From contig DASTGT010000055.1 in the NCBI GenBank assembly GCA_035718935.1, positions 11,784-75,783 of the forward strand: a DNA stretch of 64,000 nt, given 5' to 3'. Made by a program: the position numbers and the translations under genes. How positions within the stretch are numbered: the first letter of the stretch is position 1; each line of letters begins with the position of its first letter. The notes beneath the pieces were generated by a model that was not told where the DNA came from, did no database searches, and saw only the letters and a program-made list of their open reading frames with translations. This stretch comes from Casimicrobiaceae bacterium. Lineage in GTDB: Bacteria; Pseudomonadota; Gammaproteobacteria; Burkholderiales; Casimicrobiaceae. Positions 40,669-50,285 of this stretch are shown one piece after another.

Positions 40669-41802
40669 TCAGAACAGTGGCCCGGCGTCGTTCAGCGCGC
40701 GCGCCTTGTCGACCATCGCCGGCAACCTCGCGCAGAATGCGTCCGCCCACGCTTCCGGCACCGTCGTGCTCACCTTGACGAAGCGGTGCCCGAACGTCGG
40801 CGTGTGGTACTTCCCCTGGCGGATCATGATGCCTTCGCCGCGAAACGCGTGGCAAAGCGCCTCGGGCGTGATGCCCGCCTCCACGCATTCGATCACGAGG
40901 AAGTTCGCCTGCGACGGATACACGACGACGCAGAGGCCGGGCACCTTGGCCACCGCCTGCGCGATCCCGGCCTGGTTGCGCCGCTGGCGGCGGTTGATTT
41001 CCGGGAACCAGTCTTTCTTCGTTCGCAAACCGGCGATCGCCGCGCGCTGCGACACCACGTTCGAGCCGAGGTTGTTCGGTGGCGCCGCTGCGAGGCGCTC
41101 GATCAGCCCGGGATGGGCGACGACGGCCCCGATGCGAAGCCCCGCGACACCGAGCCATTTCGAGAAACTGTAGATCGTGAACGTGCGCTCGGGATAAAAG
41201 CGCGCGGCGAGCGTGTGCGCGTCGGCAAAATGCGCGTACGTGCAGTCGTGCATGAAGTACGCGCCGACGCTGCCGGCGATTCGCGTGAACGCTTCGATCT
41301 CGTCGCGGGTGTAGCAGGTGCCGAGTGGATTGTTCGGATCCACAAGGTAGATGAGACGGGTGTCATTCGTCACCGCCGCTTCGAGTTGCGCAACCGTGAG
41401 CTTGTAATCGTTCTCCGGCTTGTAGATGGGAATTTCGGTCGTCGCCGCGCCGGCGGCTTGCGCGAAATGAATCGGCCACTTCCAGCCAGGATCGGTGGTC
41501 ACGAACTGCGTGCCCGGCGTGCAGATCGTGTGGCAGACGTTGTAGAGCGCCTCGACCGCGCCGTCGGTGACGAGGACCGATTGCTCCGGCAAGCCGAGAT
41601 CTTCGAGGATCAGCGCGCGCAACGCCTCGAAGCCGGCCGGCGGCGCGTACGCGTGGTATTCCTCGCGCTCGATCGAATCGAGCATCGCCTGCACGACCGC
41701 AGGGTGCGGTGAAAAATGATTGGTGTTCTGGCCGAGCCACATGAGCCCCGGCGTGTTGAAAAGGCGGTCGAAATGCTGGTTGCGGATCTCGAAATTCCTC
41801 AT
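40669..41802 (-). CDS. PLP-dependent class I/II aminotransferase-fold enzyme
   Basis: DPNNPLG, HDCTY, SFSKWLGVAGLRIG. Confidence 0.9.
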   Translation of the reverse strand: MRNFEIRNQHFDRLFNTPGLMWLGQNTNHFSPHPAVVQAMLDSIEREEYHAYAPPAGFEALRALILEDLGLPEQSVLVTDGAVEALYNVCHTICTPGTQFVTTDPGWKWPIHFAQAAGAATTEIPIYKPENDYKLTVAQLEAAVTNDTRLIYLVDPNNPLGTCYTRDEIEAFTRIAGSVGAYFMHDCTYAHFADAHTLAARFYPERTFTIYSFSKWLGVAGLRIGAVVAHPGLIERLAAAPPNNLGSNVVSQRAAIAGLRTKKDWFPEINRRQRRNQAGIAQAVAKVPGLCVVVYPSQANFLVIECVEAGITPEALCHAFRGEGIMIRQGKYHTPTFGHRFVKVSTTVPEAWADAFCARLPAMVDKARALNDAGPLF

Positions 41803-42602
41803 CGGGCGACGCTCCGTTCCTTGATGATCGAGCCGCGGGCGGCGATGCCGCCGTCGATCGTCACGATCGTGCCGGTGATGTACGCGGCGCGCGGCGACGC
41901 GAGAAAGACGATCAGGTCGGCCACTTCCTCCGCGCTCGCCGGGCGCCCCGCGGGATATTTGGCGCGCAATTCCTCCCAGCGGCTTTCGTCGCCGTACCAG
42001 TCGAGCGCGCGGCGCTTGTTGATCTTCACCATGCGCTCGGTCTCCACCGGACCGGGATTCACGCCGACCACGCGCACGCCGAAATCGAGGCTCTGCCCGC
42101 CGAGCGCGCGCGTGAACGCCATCAGCGCCGCGTTCGCCGTGCTCCCCGCGATGTAATTGGCGTCCCAGTTCTCGCCCGAGTTGCCGATGTCGTTGACGAT
42201 GACGCCTGAACGACGCGCCTTCATCGTCGCGTAGATTTCCCGCGTCAGCAGCATGTACCCGAAGAGCTTCAGGTCGTATCCGCGCCGCAGGTCGTCCTCG
42301 GATAGCGACTCGAGCGGTCCCGACGGGATCTCGCCGGCGTTGTTGATGAGGATATCGACGCCGGAACAGCGGCGTCCGAGCTCGACGACATTGGCGCTGC
42401 TGGAAAGGTCGGTGGCGTGCGCGTCGACGGCAACGCCGTGCGTTTGGACCAGTTCGCGCCGCGCGGCATCGAGCGCATCGGCGGAGCGCGCGGCGAGATG
42501 AAGGTCGCAGCCTTCGGACGCGAACGCGCGCGCTGCGGCGAGGCCGATGCCCTTCGATGCGCCCGTGATCAGAACCGACTTGCCCGTGAGCCGCAGATCC
42601 AT
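41799..42602 (-). CDS. Short-chain dehydrogenase/reductase (atypical active site)
   Basis: TGASKGIG, NNAG, NPGPVET, IDGG; YIAGS in place of YxxxK. Confidence 0.9.
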   Translation of the reverse strand: MDLRLTGKSVLITGASKGIGLAAARAFASEGCDLHLAARSADALDAARRELVQTHGVAVDAHATDLSSSANVVELGRRCSGVDILINNAGEIPSGPLESLSEDDLRRGYDLKLFGYMLLTREIYATMKARRSGVIVNDIGNSGENWDANYIAGSTANAALMAFTRALGGQSLDFGVRVVGVNPGPVETERMVKINKRRALDWYGDESRWEELRAKYPAGRPASAEEVADLIVFLASPRAAYITGTIVTIDGGIAARGSIIKERSVAR

Positions 42603-42615
42603 GCACGTAACCTTC

Positions 42616-42646
42616 TTGTATACGAAATCAATAGTGTCGCATACAA
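42616..42646. promoter_or_regulatory. Putative GntR operator 1
   Basis: TTGTATACGA-N11-TCGCATACAA inverted repeat in the SDR/gntR divergent gap. Confidence 0.65.
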
Positions 42647-42674
42647 TCGCCGGCGTCAACGCCGAACCTCCGCG

Positions 42675-43469
42675 ATGAGCACCATCAGCCCGAAGAAGAG
42701 ATCCCGGCCCGACCCCGGCACGGCGCGCGCGCCCCGAAGGGCCGGCAAGGCCGCCCCGCGCAACGACGCGTCGTCGACGACGCTCGCCGATCGCATTCGT
42801 CGCGCCGTCGAGGAGGACATCCTCGCGGGGCGCCTGACACCGGGCACGCGGCTCGACGAGGACAGCCTCGCGGCGCGCCACGGCGCGTCGCGCACGCCGG
42901 TGCGCGAGGCACTGCAGCACCTCGCCTCGCAGGGCTTGATCGAGTTGCGCCCGCACGCCGGCGCGTTCGTGCCGAGGCGGAGCGTCGTCGAGCTCGCCGA
43001 GATGTTCGAGGCGATGGCCTTCCTCGAAGGCGCGTGCGCGGCGCTCGCGGCGCGCCGTCACTCCGCCGAGGATCGGCGCCTCCTCGCGGCGGCGCACGAG
43101 CGATGCGCGCAGGCGGCGAAGCGCGACGACCCCGTCGCGTTCTACGAGGCGAACCGGCACTTTCACCACTGCGTCTACGATGCCGCGCACAACACCTATC
43201 TCGCCACGCAGACGACGCAGCTCGCCCATCGCCTCGAGGCGTACCGGCGCGAAGCCACGTTCCATCCCGGCCTGATGTCGCTGACGATGGCCGAGCACGA
43301 GCGCATCCTCGCGGCGATCTTCGCGATGGACGAAGCCGCCGCAGGCCGCCAGATGCGCAGCCACCTCGACACGCTGCGCGACGACGTGGTGTCGATGGCC
43401 ACCGCGATGCAGCGCGCGAGCGCCGGCAAGCGGTCGGTCCAGGACGCGCGCGCCCGCGACGCGCGATGA
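42675..43469 (+). CDS. GntR-family regulator (FCD domain)
   Basis: LTPGTRLDE..SRTPVREAL; ANRHFH, EHERI. Confidence 0.93.
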   Translation: MSTISPKKRSRPDPGTARAPRRAGKAAPRNDASSTTLADRIRRAVEEDILAGRLTPGTRLDEDSLAARHGASRTPVREALQHLASQGLIELRPHAGAFVPRRSVVELAEMFEAMAFLEGACAALAARRHSAEDRRLLAAAHERCAQAAKRDDPVAFYEANRHFHHCVYDAAHNTYLATQTTQLAHRLEAYRREATFHPGLMSLTMAEHERILAAIFAMDEAAAGRQMRSHLDTLRDDVVSMATAMQRASAGKRSVQDARARDAR

Positions 43470-43472
43470 CCG

Positions 43473-43499
43473 ATATACGATCCGCGCGGGGTCGTATAT
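43473..43499. promoter_or_regulatory. Putative GntR operator 2
   Basis: ATATACGA-N11-TCGTATAT directly upstream of the ABC operon; same half-site and spacing as operator 1. Confidence 0.65.
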
Positions 43500-43535
43500 G
43501 ATCCCTCGACCCGAACACATCCCAAGGAGGAGTGC

Positions 43536-44675
43536 ATGAAACCGTTGCGGTTCGTCATTGCGGTCGCCGTGTCGCTGGCGGCCGCCCACGTCGCCGTCGC
43601 CCAGGAAACCGTCCGCATCGGGGTCGTCCAGCCGATGACCGGTCCGGTCGCCTACGACGGCAACATCTACGTCAACACGGTCAAGATGCTCGCCGACGAC
43701 ATCAACGCGAAAGGCGGCGTGCTCGGCAAGAAGATCGAGCTCGTGATCGAGGACGGCGCATGCAACCCCGCGCAATCGGTGAACGCCGCCGAGAAGCTCG
43801 TCGTGCGGGACAAGGTCGTCGGCCTGCTCGGCGCTTTCTGCAGCACGTCGACCGCCGCCGTGATGGAAGTCGCGAAGAAGCACAAGGTCCCGCTCATCAC
43901 CGGCATCTCCACCGCGGCGCAGCTCACCGAACAGGGCAATCCGTACTTCTTCCGTGCGGTCGCGACGACGCCGATGCTGGGCAACGCGTTCGGCCCGGTG
44001 CTCCCGAAAGCGCTCAAGGCCAAGCGCTTCGCGTTCCTCACGCTCAACGACGACTGGGGACGCTCGATGCAGGCGTCGTATCCGAAGGCGATCGAAAGCG
44101 GCGGCGGCCAGATCGTCGCCAACGAGTTCTTCCAGCAGAGCGACCTGCAGTTCCTCTCGCAGATCACCAAGGTCAAGGCCGCCACCCCCGACGCGATCGT
44201 GCTCGCCGCGAATACGCAGCAAGCGGTGGCGCTCTCGAAGCAGATCCGCGAACTCGGCGTGAGCGTCCCGCTCGTGGGCGAAGGAGCATGGTCGAGCGAC
44301 AGTTACATCAAGCTGGCCGGCCCCGCGGCGGAAGGCGTGTACGGCCTCGTCGAATACGTCTACACGATCAAGAGCCCGGTCAACGAGGCGTTCGTCAAGG
44401 AGTTCCAGGCGAAGCTCAAGGAGAATCCGAGCAAGTTCGCCGGCGCGGCGCACAACGCGTTCCACATCATGGTCGATGCGGTCCGCCGCGCAGGCGCCGC
44501 CGATCCCGAGAAGATCCGCGAGGCGATGGAGAAGACCGACTACAACGGCCTGGTCGGCAACATCAAGTTCGACGCGAAGCACCAGGCGTACGGCCAGACC
44601 GTGTACCTGTCGCTCGTGAAGAACGGCGTGCCCGAGGTCGTGGAAACGGCGCAAATCTCCAAGCCGCAGCCGTAG
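43536..44675 (+). CDS. Liv-type ABC substrate-binding protein
   Basis: AAGGAGGAG RBS, signal peptide, QPMTGP, INAKGGVLG, GAFCST. Confidence 0.92.
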   Translation: MKPLRFVIAVAVSLAAAHVAVAQETVRIGVVQPMTGPVAYDGNIYVNTVKMLADDINAKGGVLGKKIELVIEDGACNPAQSVNAAEKLVVRDKVVGLLGAFCSTSTAAVMEVAKKHKVPLITGISTAAQLTEQGNPYFFRAVATTPMLGNAFGPVLPKALKAKRFAFLTLNDDWGRSMQASYPKAIESGGGQIVANEFFQQSDLQFLSQITKVKAATPDAIVLAANTQQAVALSKQIRELGVSVPLVGEGAWSSDSYIKLAGPAAEGVYGLVEYVYTIKSPVNEAFVKEFQAKLKENPSKFAGAAHNAFHIMVDAVRRAGAADPEKIREAMEKTDYNGLVGNIKFDAKHQAYGQTVYLSLVKNGVPEVVETAQISKPQP

Positions 44676-44701
44676 CGCCCGACGCAACCGAAGCTTCCGG
44701 C

Positions 44702-45574
44702 ATGTCGGCGTCGCTCACGATCCTCGCCCAGCATCTGCTGAACGGGGTGCTGATCGGCTGCGCGTACGCTTTGATCGCGATGGGTCTCACGATGATCTTC
44801 GGCGTGATGAACATCGCGAACTTCGCGCACGGCGAGTTCTACATGCTCGGCGGCTTCATCGCGTTCTATCTCGTGAGCCTGATGGGGCTCGACTATTTCG
44901 CGGCGCTGCCCGTCGCGGTCGCCATCGTCGTCGCGCTCGCGATCGTGCTGCAGCACGGAATCTTCCGGCGGCTGCGCGATGCGCCGATGATGACGACGAC
45001 GCTCGTGACGATCGGATTGTCGATCTTCCTCGAGCACGTTGCGCTGCTGCTGTGGGGGCCGCAGCCGCAGTCGATCCCCACGCCGTTCCCGACGAAGCCG
45101 CTCTCCTTCTTCGGCGTCTACACGACGCCGCTCTATCTGTTCTGCATGGCCGTCACCGCGGCGCTGATCATCGCCGGTCACGTCCTCATCCGCCGCACGC
45201 GGATGGGCAAGGCGATGCGCGCGACCTTCCAGAACAAGGAAGCCTCGGCGCTCGTCGGCATCCGCATCGATCGCATTTACGCCTACGCTTTCGCGTTCGG
45301 CGCGGCGCTCGCCGCGGCCGCGGGTGCCGTGCTTGGCGGATTCATCCCCGTCGAGCCGGCGACCGGCGGGATCGTCACGCTGAAGGCGTTCATCGTCGTG
45401 ATCCTGGGCGGGATGGGCAGTTTCATCGGCGCGATCGTCGGCGGCCTGCTGCTCGGCCTCGCCGAGGCGCTCGGCGCCGGTTATATGCCGACCGGGTGGA
45501 AGGATGCGATCGGCTTCTTCGCGGTGATCCTCGTCCTGCTGTTCCGCCCCGAAGGCCTCTTCAAGCGTGTCTGA
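44702..45574 (+). CDS. Liv-type ABC permease (LivH-like)
   Basis: YALIAMGLTMIFGVMNIANFAHGEFYM, ILGGMGS. Confidence 0.92.
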   Translation: MSASLTILAQHLLNGVLIGCAYALIAMGLTMIFGVMNIANFAHGEFYMLGGFIAFYLVSLMGLDYFAALPVAVAIVVALAIVLQHGIFRRLRDAPMMTTTLVTIGLSIFLEHVALLLWGPQPQSIPTPFPTKPLSFFGVYTTPLYLFCMAVTAALIIAGHVLIRRTRMGKAMRATFQNKEASALVGIRIDRIYAYAFAFGAALAAAAGAVLGGFIPVEPATGGIVTLKAFIVVILGGMGSFIGAIVGGLLLGLAEALGAGYMPTGWKDAIGFFAVILVLLFRPEGLFKRV

Positions 45575-46550
45575 ACGGACGTCCTTTCGGATCGCGACGG
45601 TCGCGGTCCTGGCCGTGCTTTGCGCCGTGCCGTTCGTCGTGCGCGACGACTACTACCTGCACCTCTTCATCGTGTCGGGCGTCTTCGTCGTCGCCGTGCT
45701 CGGGCTCGACCTCATCGTCGGCTACGTCGGTCAACTGTCGCTCGCGCATGCCGCGTTCTTCGCGATGGGCGCGTACACGTCGGCGCTACTGTTCGTGCGA
45801 TTGCAGTGGTCGATGTGGCTGGGCTTGCCGGCGGCCGCCCTCCTCGTCGGCTTCGTCGCGTTCGCGCTCGGCGCGGTGATCCTGCGCACGCGCGGGCATC
45901 GCTTCATCATCATCACCGTCGTCTTCGCCGAACTGATGAGGCTGGTCGCGACGAACTGGGTCGACATGACGCGCGGCTTCATGGGCTTGCCCGGGCTCAC
46001 GCTGCCGAAGCTTTCGCTGCCCGGACTGGGCTCGCTCGACATCACGGAGAAGTCGCACTTCTACTACGTCGTGCTGATCGCGGCGATCGTCGCGTTCCTG
46101 TTGTGCCGTGGGCTCGTGCGCTCGTCGATCGGACGCAAGTTCGTCCTGATCCGCGAGAACGAGCCACTCGCCGAATCGCTCGGAATCTCGGCGTTCCGGT
46201 ACGCGATGATCGCGTTCGTCGCCGGCGCGGCACTCGCCGGCGCGGCCGGCAGCCTCTATGCGCACTACGTCGGGTTCGTGAGCCCGGACCTCTTCAACTT
46301 CTCGTACGTGACGATCATGCTGATCATGGTGATCCTCGGCGGCAAGGGAACGCTCGTCGGGCCTGCGCTCGGCGCGGTTCTCTTCACGTTCCTCCCCGAA
46401 CTGCTGCGCGAGGCATCGCACTGGCGGATGATCACGTTCGCCACGATCCTCATCGTCGCGACGCTCTTCATGCCGAAGGGCATCATCTACCCGCTCGTCA
46501 CCCACCTCGTGCCGCGCCGATGGCGGCTTCCCGATGCCCGCGCTGCTTGA
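45567..46550 (+). CDS. Liv-type ABC permease (LivM-like)
   Basis: GYVGQLSLAHAAFFAMGAY, IRENE, MVILGGKGT. Confidence 0.92.
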   Translation: MSERTSFRIATVAVLAVLCAVPFVVRDDYYLHLFIVSGVFVVAVLGLDLIVGYVGQLSLAHAAFFAMGAYTSALLFVRLQWSMWLGLPAAALLVGFVAFALGAVILRTRGHRFIIITVVFAELMRLVATNWVDMTRGFMGLPGLTLPKLSLPGLGSLDITEKSHFYYVVLIAAIVAFLLCRGLVRSSIGRKFVLIRENEPLAESLGISAFRYAMIAFVAGAALAGAAGSLYAHYVGFVSPDLFNFSYVTIMLIMVILGGKGTLVGPALGAVLFTFLPELLREASHWRMITFATILIVATLFMPKGIIYPLVTHLVPRRWRLPDARAA

Positions 46551-47268
46551 AGGGCGCGGCGTCACCGTCCGCTTCGGGGGATTGCTCGCGCTGAAGGGCG
46601 TCGACCTCGCGGTGTCGGCGGGCGAGGTGTTGAGCGTCATCGGCCCGAACGGTGCGGGCAAGACGACGCTTTTCAACGTCATCACGGGGCGCGTGCGACC
46701 GACGGCAGGGAGCGTGCTGTTCGACGCGCAACCGATCGAGCGGCTCGCGCCCTTCCGCATCGCGCAGCTCGGTGTGGTGCGCACGTTCCAGAAGACCGAA
46801 GTGTTCGGCGCGTTGCCGCTCGTCGACGGCGTCGCCGCGGGTGCGCTGGCGCGAAACGACGCGGACCCCGCGGCTCGGGCGCGCGAGGCACTCGCCACCG
46901 TCGGCCTCGAGAACAAGCTGCATCTTTCCGCGCAGCAGCTTTCGTACGGGGACCAGCGGCTGCTCGAGATCGCGCAGGCGCTCGCTGCCGAGCCCAGGGT
47001 CCTGCTGCTCGACGAGCCCGCTTCCGGGATGAACCACCAGGAGAGCCGGCACATCGTACAGTTGATCGTCGCCCTGCGCGCGCGCGGCCTCGCGGTGATC
47101 CTGGTCGAGCACAACATGCACGTCGTGATGACGATCTCCGACCGGGTGATCGTCATCAACTACGGCGAGAAGATCGCCGAGGGCAGTCCGGAGCGCGTCC
47201 GCAACGATCCCCGCGTCATCGAGGCGTACCTCGGCGTGCAGAAGACGCAGGATGCTCGCGCTCGATAA
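46534..47268 (+). CDS. Liv-type ABC ATP-binding protein (LivG-like)
   Basis: GPNGAGKTTLFN, LSYGDQR, DEPASG, VEHNM. Confidence 0.92.
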   Translation: MPALLEGRGVTVRFGGLLALKGVDLAVSAGEVLSVIGPNGAGKTTLFNVITGRVRPTAGSVLFDAQPIERLAPFRIAQLGVVRTFQKTEVFGALPLVDGVAAGALARNDADPAARAREALATVGLENKLHLSAQQLSYGDQRLLEIAQALAAEPRVLLLDEPASGMNHQESRHIVQLIVALRARGLAVILVEHNMHVVMTISDRVIVINYGEKIAEGSPERVRNDPRVIEAYLGVQKTQDARAR

Positions 47269-47953
47269 CGTCACGCTGCACCGCGGGCGCACGCGGGTGC
47301 TCGACGGCGTGTCGCTCGTCGTCGAGGAAGGTGAGCTCGTCGCGCTGATCGGCGCCAACGGCGCGGGCAAGACGACCGTGCTGCGCACGATCTCCGGAAT
47401 CCTTGCGCCGAGCGCCGGCACGATCACCTTTCGTGGCAAGGCGATCCAGGGCGCCGATCCCGATGCCATCGTTCGTCTCGGCATCGCGCATTGCCCCGAG
47501 GAGCGCAAGATCTGGCCGCAGATGAGCGTGCAGGAGCATCTCGAGCTCGGCGCGTTCATTCGTTCCGACCGCGACGTCGACGCCGACATGGAGCGCGTGT
47601 TCGACACGTTCCCGGTGTTGAAGGAGCGGCGCGAGCAGCTCGCCGGCACGCTCTCGGGTGGCCAGCAGCAGATGCTCGCGATCGGCCGCGCGCTGATGTC
47701 GCGGCCGTCGCTCGTACTGTTCGACGAGCCGTCGCTCGGGCTCGCGCCGATCATGGTCGAGACGATCGGCACGATGATCGCGGGGATTCGCGAACGCGGC
47801 ACGACGGTGCTGCTCGTCGAGCAGAACGCGTCGCTCGCGCTGCGCCTCGCCGACCGCGCCTACGTGCTCGAGACCGGGCGAATCACGCTCACCGGGCCGG
47901 CCGCGGCCATGATCGAAAACCCGGAAGTGCACCGGGCGTATCTCGGAGGATAG
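47252..47953 (+). CDS. Liv-type ABC ATP-binding protein (LivF-like)
   Basis: GANGAGKTT, LSGGQQQMLA, DEPSLGLAP. Confidence 0.92.
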   Translation: MLALDNVTLHRGRTRVLDGVSLVVEEGELVALIGANGAGKTTVLRTISGILAPSAGTITFRGKAIQGADPDAIVRLGIAHCPEERKIWPQMSVQEHLELGAFIRSDRDVDADMERVFDTFPVLKERREQLAGTLSGGQQQMLAIGRALMSRPSLVLFDEPSLGLAPIMVETIGTMIAGIRERGTTVLLVEQNASLALRLADRAYVLETGRITLTGPAAAMIENPEVHRAYLGG

Positions 47954-47955
47954 CG

Positions 47956-49206
47956 ATGGAACGCGAAGTGATCACGACGCGAGGCGCGCCGACGCCGATG
48001 GCGCATTACTGTCAGGGCGTCGTCGCCGGCGACACCGTCTATGCCGCAGGCCAGATCGCGTCGGATTACAAAACCGGCGTCGCCCCCGAGGCGCGGCAGG
48101 ATCCCGCGTTTCCGTATTACGGCTCGAACATCCAGAAGCAGGCGCGCTACATCCTGCAGAACCTGCGCGGCGTGTTCGAAACGGCGGGGTGCAGCCTCCA
48201 GGACGTCGTGAAGTCGCAGGTGTTCATGACCGACCTCTCCGACTTCTATTACTTCGATCAGGTCTGGAAGGAATTCTTTCCATCGCCGCCGCCGCGCACG
48301 ACCGTGCAGGTGAGTAACCTCCTCGTGCCCGGCTGCCGGGTCGAGATCGACCTCATCGCCGTGAAGCCGCAGGTCGTGCGACGCGTCATCCGCGGGGTGT
48401 CGACGCCGACGCCGATGGCGCATTACTGCCAGGGCGTGCTCGTCGGCGACACCCTGTACGCCGCCGGACAAATCGCATCCGATTACCGCACGGGCGTCCC
48501 GCCCGAGGCACGGCGCGACCCCGCATTCCCGTATTACGCGTCCGAGATCGAGCGTCAGGCGCGCTACGTGCTGGCGAACATCCGCTCGGTGTACGAAGCC
48601 GCGGGACTGAACTTCGACGACACCGTCAAGGCGCAGATCTTCCTGACCGACCTGAACGACTTCGCGCATTTCGATCGCGTGTGGCGCGAGTTCTTCCCCT
48701 CACCCCCACCGCGCACGACGATCGGGATCGGCGCCCTGCTCGTACCCGGCTGCCGGATCGAGATCGATCTCACCGCGGTGCATCCGCGGGTTGCACGCAG
48801 CGCCATCGAGACGAGCGATTCCCCGTCGCCGATGACGCACTACCGGCAAGGGCTGCTCGTCGGCGACACGCTGTACGCCGCGGGCCGGCTCGCATCGCAT
48901 CACGCGAGCGGTTTGGCGCTGGAAGCGCGGCAGGATCCGGCGTTTCCCTACTATGGCTCGAATATCCAGAAGCAAACGCGCTACGTCCTCGACAAGCTGC
49001 AGCGCGTGTTCGCCGCGGCCGGTTGCACGCTCGCCGACGTCGTGAAGTCACAGGTGTTCATGACGGACCTGAACGATTTCTATTATTTCGATCAGGTGTG
49101 GAAGGAATTCTTCCCGTCGCCTCCGCCACGCACGACGCTGCAGGTGAGCGGATTGGTGGTGCCCGGCTGCCGTGTCGAGATCGACCTCACCGCGTGCCGA
49201 CGCTGA
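47956..49206 (+). CDS. Protein of three tandem RidA (YjgF/YER057c/UK114) domains
   Basis: Three units at an exact 417-nt period, each PMxHYxQG..YAAGxxAS..WxEFFPSPPPRTT..PGCRxEIDL. Confidence 0.92.
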   Translation: MEREVITTRGAPTPMAHYCQGVVAGDTVYAAGQIASDYKTGVAPEARQDPAFPYYGSNIQKQARYILQNLRGVFETAGCSLQDVVKSQVFMTDLSDFYYFDQVWKEFFPSPPPRTTVQVSNLLVPGCRVEIDLIAVKPQVVRRVIRGVSTPTPMAHYCQGVLVGDTLYAAGQIASDYRTGVPPEARRDPAFPYYASEIERQARYVLANIRSVYEAAGLNFDDTVKAQIFLTDLNDFAHFDRVWREFFPSPPPRTTIGIGALLVPGCRIEIDLTAVHPRVARSAIETSDSPSPMTHYRQGLLVGDTLYAAGRLASHHASGLALEARQDPAFPYYGSNIQKQTRYVLDKLQRVFAAAGCTLADVVKSQVFMTDLNDFYYFDQVWKEFFPSPPPRTTLQVSGLVVPGCRVEIDLTACRR

Positions 49207-49216
49207 CGCAACGCTC

Positions 49217-50230
49217 ATGAAGACGACGGCGTCCACGAGGATCGATGTCCACAGCCACGTGATCCCGGCGCGGATGATCGACGGGATCGCGAAGATGCCA
49301 CAGGCCTTCGCCGCGCGCATCGAAGGCGAGCCGGGTCGACAGCGTGTCATCCACGAGCAGGGCTATGCGTATCCGCTGTTCGCCGAATTCCACGACGTCG
49401 AGGTGAAGCTCGAGGCCATGGACCGCAAGGGCATCGACGTGTCGGTCATCTCGCCGGCGCCGCCGATGTTCTACTACTGGGCGGACGTCGACGTGGCGCT
49501 GCAGGCGGCGCGCCTCGTCAACGACGGCATCGCCGACATGGTGCGCACGAAACCCGGCCGGCTGCGCGGGATGGCGACGATTCCGCTGCAGCATCCCGAC
49601 GCGGCGATCGCCGAAATGGAACGCGTCGTGCGCGAGCACGGCTTCAAGGCAGTCGAGATCGGAACGTCGGTGGAGGGCGAGCAACTCGCGGAGCCGCGCT
49701 TCCGGCCGATCCTGCGCCGCGCGCAGGACCTCGGCGTCTTCGTGTTCGCGCATCCGTACTACGTCGGCGCGAAGCGCGGCCTCGAGGACTACTACCTCAC
49801 GAACCTGATCGGCAATCCGCTCGACACGACGATCATGCTCGCGAACCTGATGTTCAGCGGCGCGCTCGACGAGCTGCCTGACCTGAAGATCTGCCTCGCG
49901 CACGGCGGCGGCTTCACGCCGTACCAGATCGGCCGCCTCGTGCACGGGCATCGCGTGCGCGCGGAGACGCATGCGAAATCTCGCACGTCGCCCAAGGCGC
50001 TTTTGTCTCGGCTGTATTTCGACAGCCTCGTGTTCGACCCTGCGGCGTTGCGCTACCTCGTCGATCTCGTCGGCGCCGATCACGTCTGCATCGGCACCGA
50101 CGCGCCGTTCGACATGGCCGACGACGCGCCGCTTTCGACGATGGCCGCGATGCCGCGCCTGAGCTTCGACGAGCAGCACGCGCTTTGCTGCGGGACGGCG
50201 CTGCGCTTGCTCGGTGAGGCCGAAAAGTAG
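49217..50230 (+). CDS. Amidohydrolase-2 family (ACMS-decarboxylase-like)
   Basis: DVHSH, FAHP, IGNPLDTT, AHGGG, GTDAPFDM. Confidence 0.88.
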   Translation: MKTTASTRIDVHSHVIPARMIDGIAKMPQAFAARIEGEPGRQRVIHEQGYAYPLFAEFHDVEVKLEAMDRKGIDVSVISPAPPMFYYWADVDVALQAARLVNDGIADMVRTKPGRLRGMATIPLQHPDAAIAEMERVVREHGFKAVEIGTSVEGEQLAEPRFRPILRRAQDLGVFVFAHPYYVGAKRGLEDYYLTNLIGNPLDTTIMLANLMFSGALDELPDLKICLAHGGGFTPYQIGRLVHGHRVRAETHAKSRTSPKALLSRLYFDSLVFDPAALRYLVDLVGADHVCIGTDAPFDMADDAPLSTMAAMPRLSFDEQHALCCGTALRLLGEAEK

Positions 50231-50285
50231 TTTCAAGAACAGGAAAGCACGGTTCGACCCGGATTTGAACCTGCAAGGAGCGACC

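Noticed and set aside
47956-49206. Assembly artefact as the source of the RidA triplication
   Set aside because: The units differ at many synonymous and non-synonymous positions, which indicates a real, old duplication.
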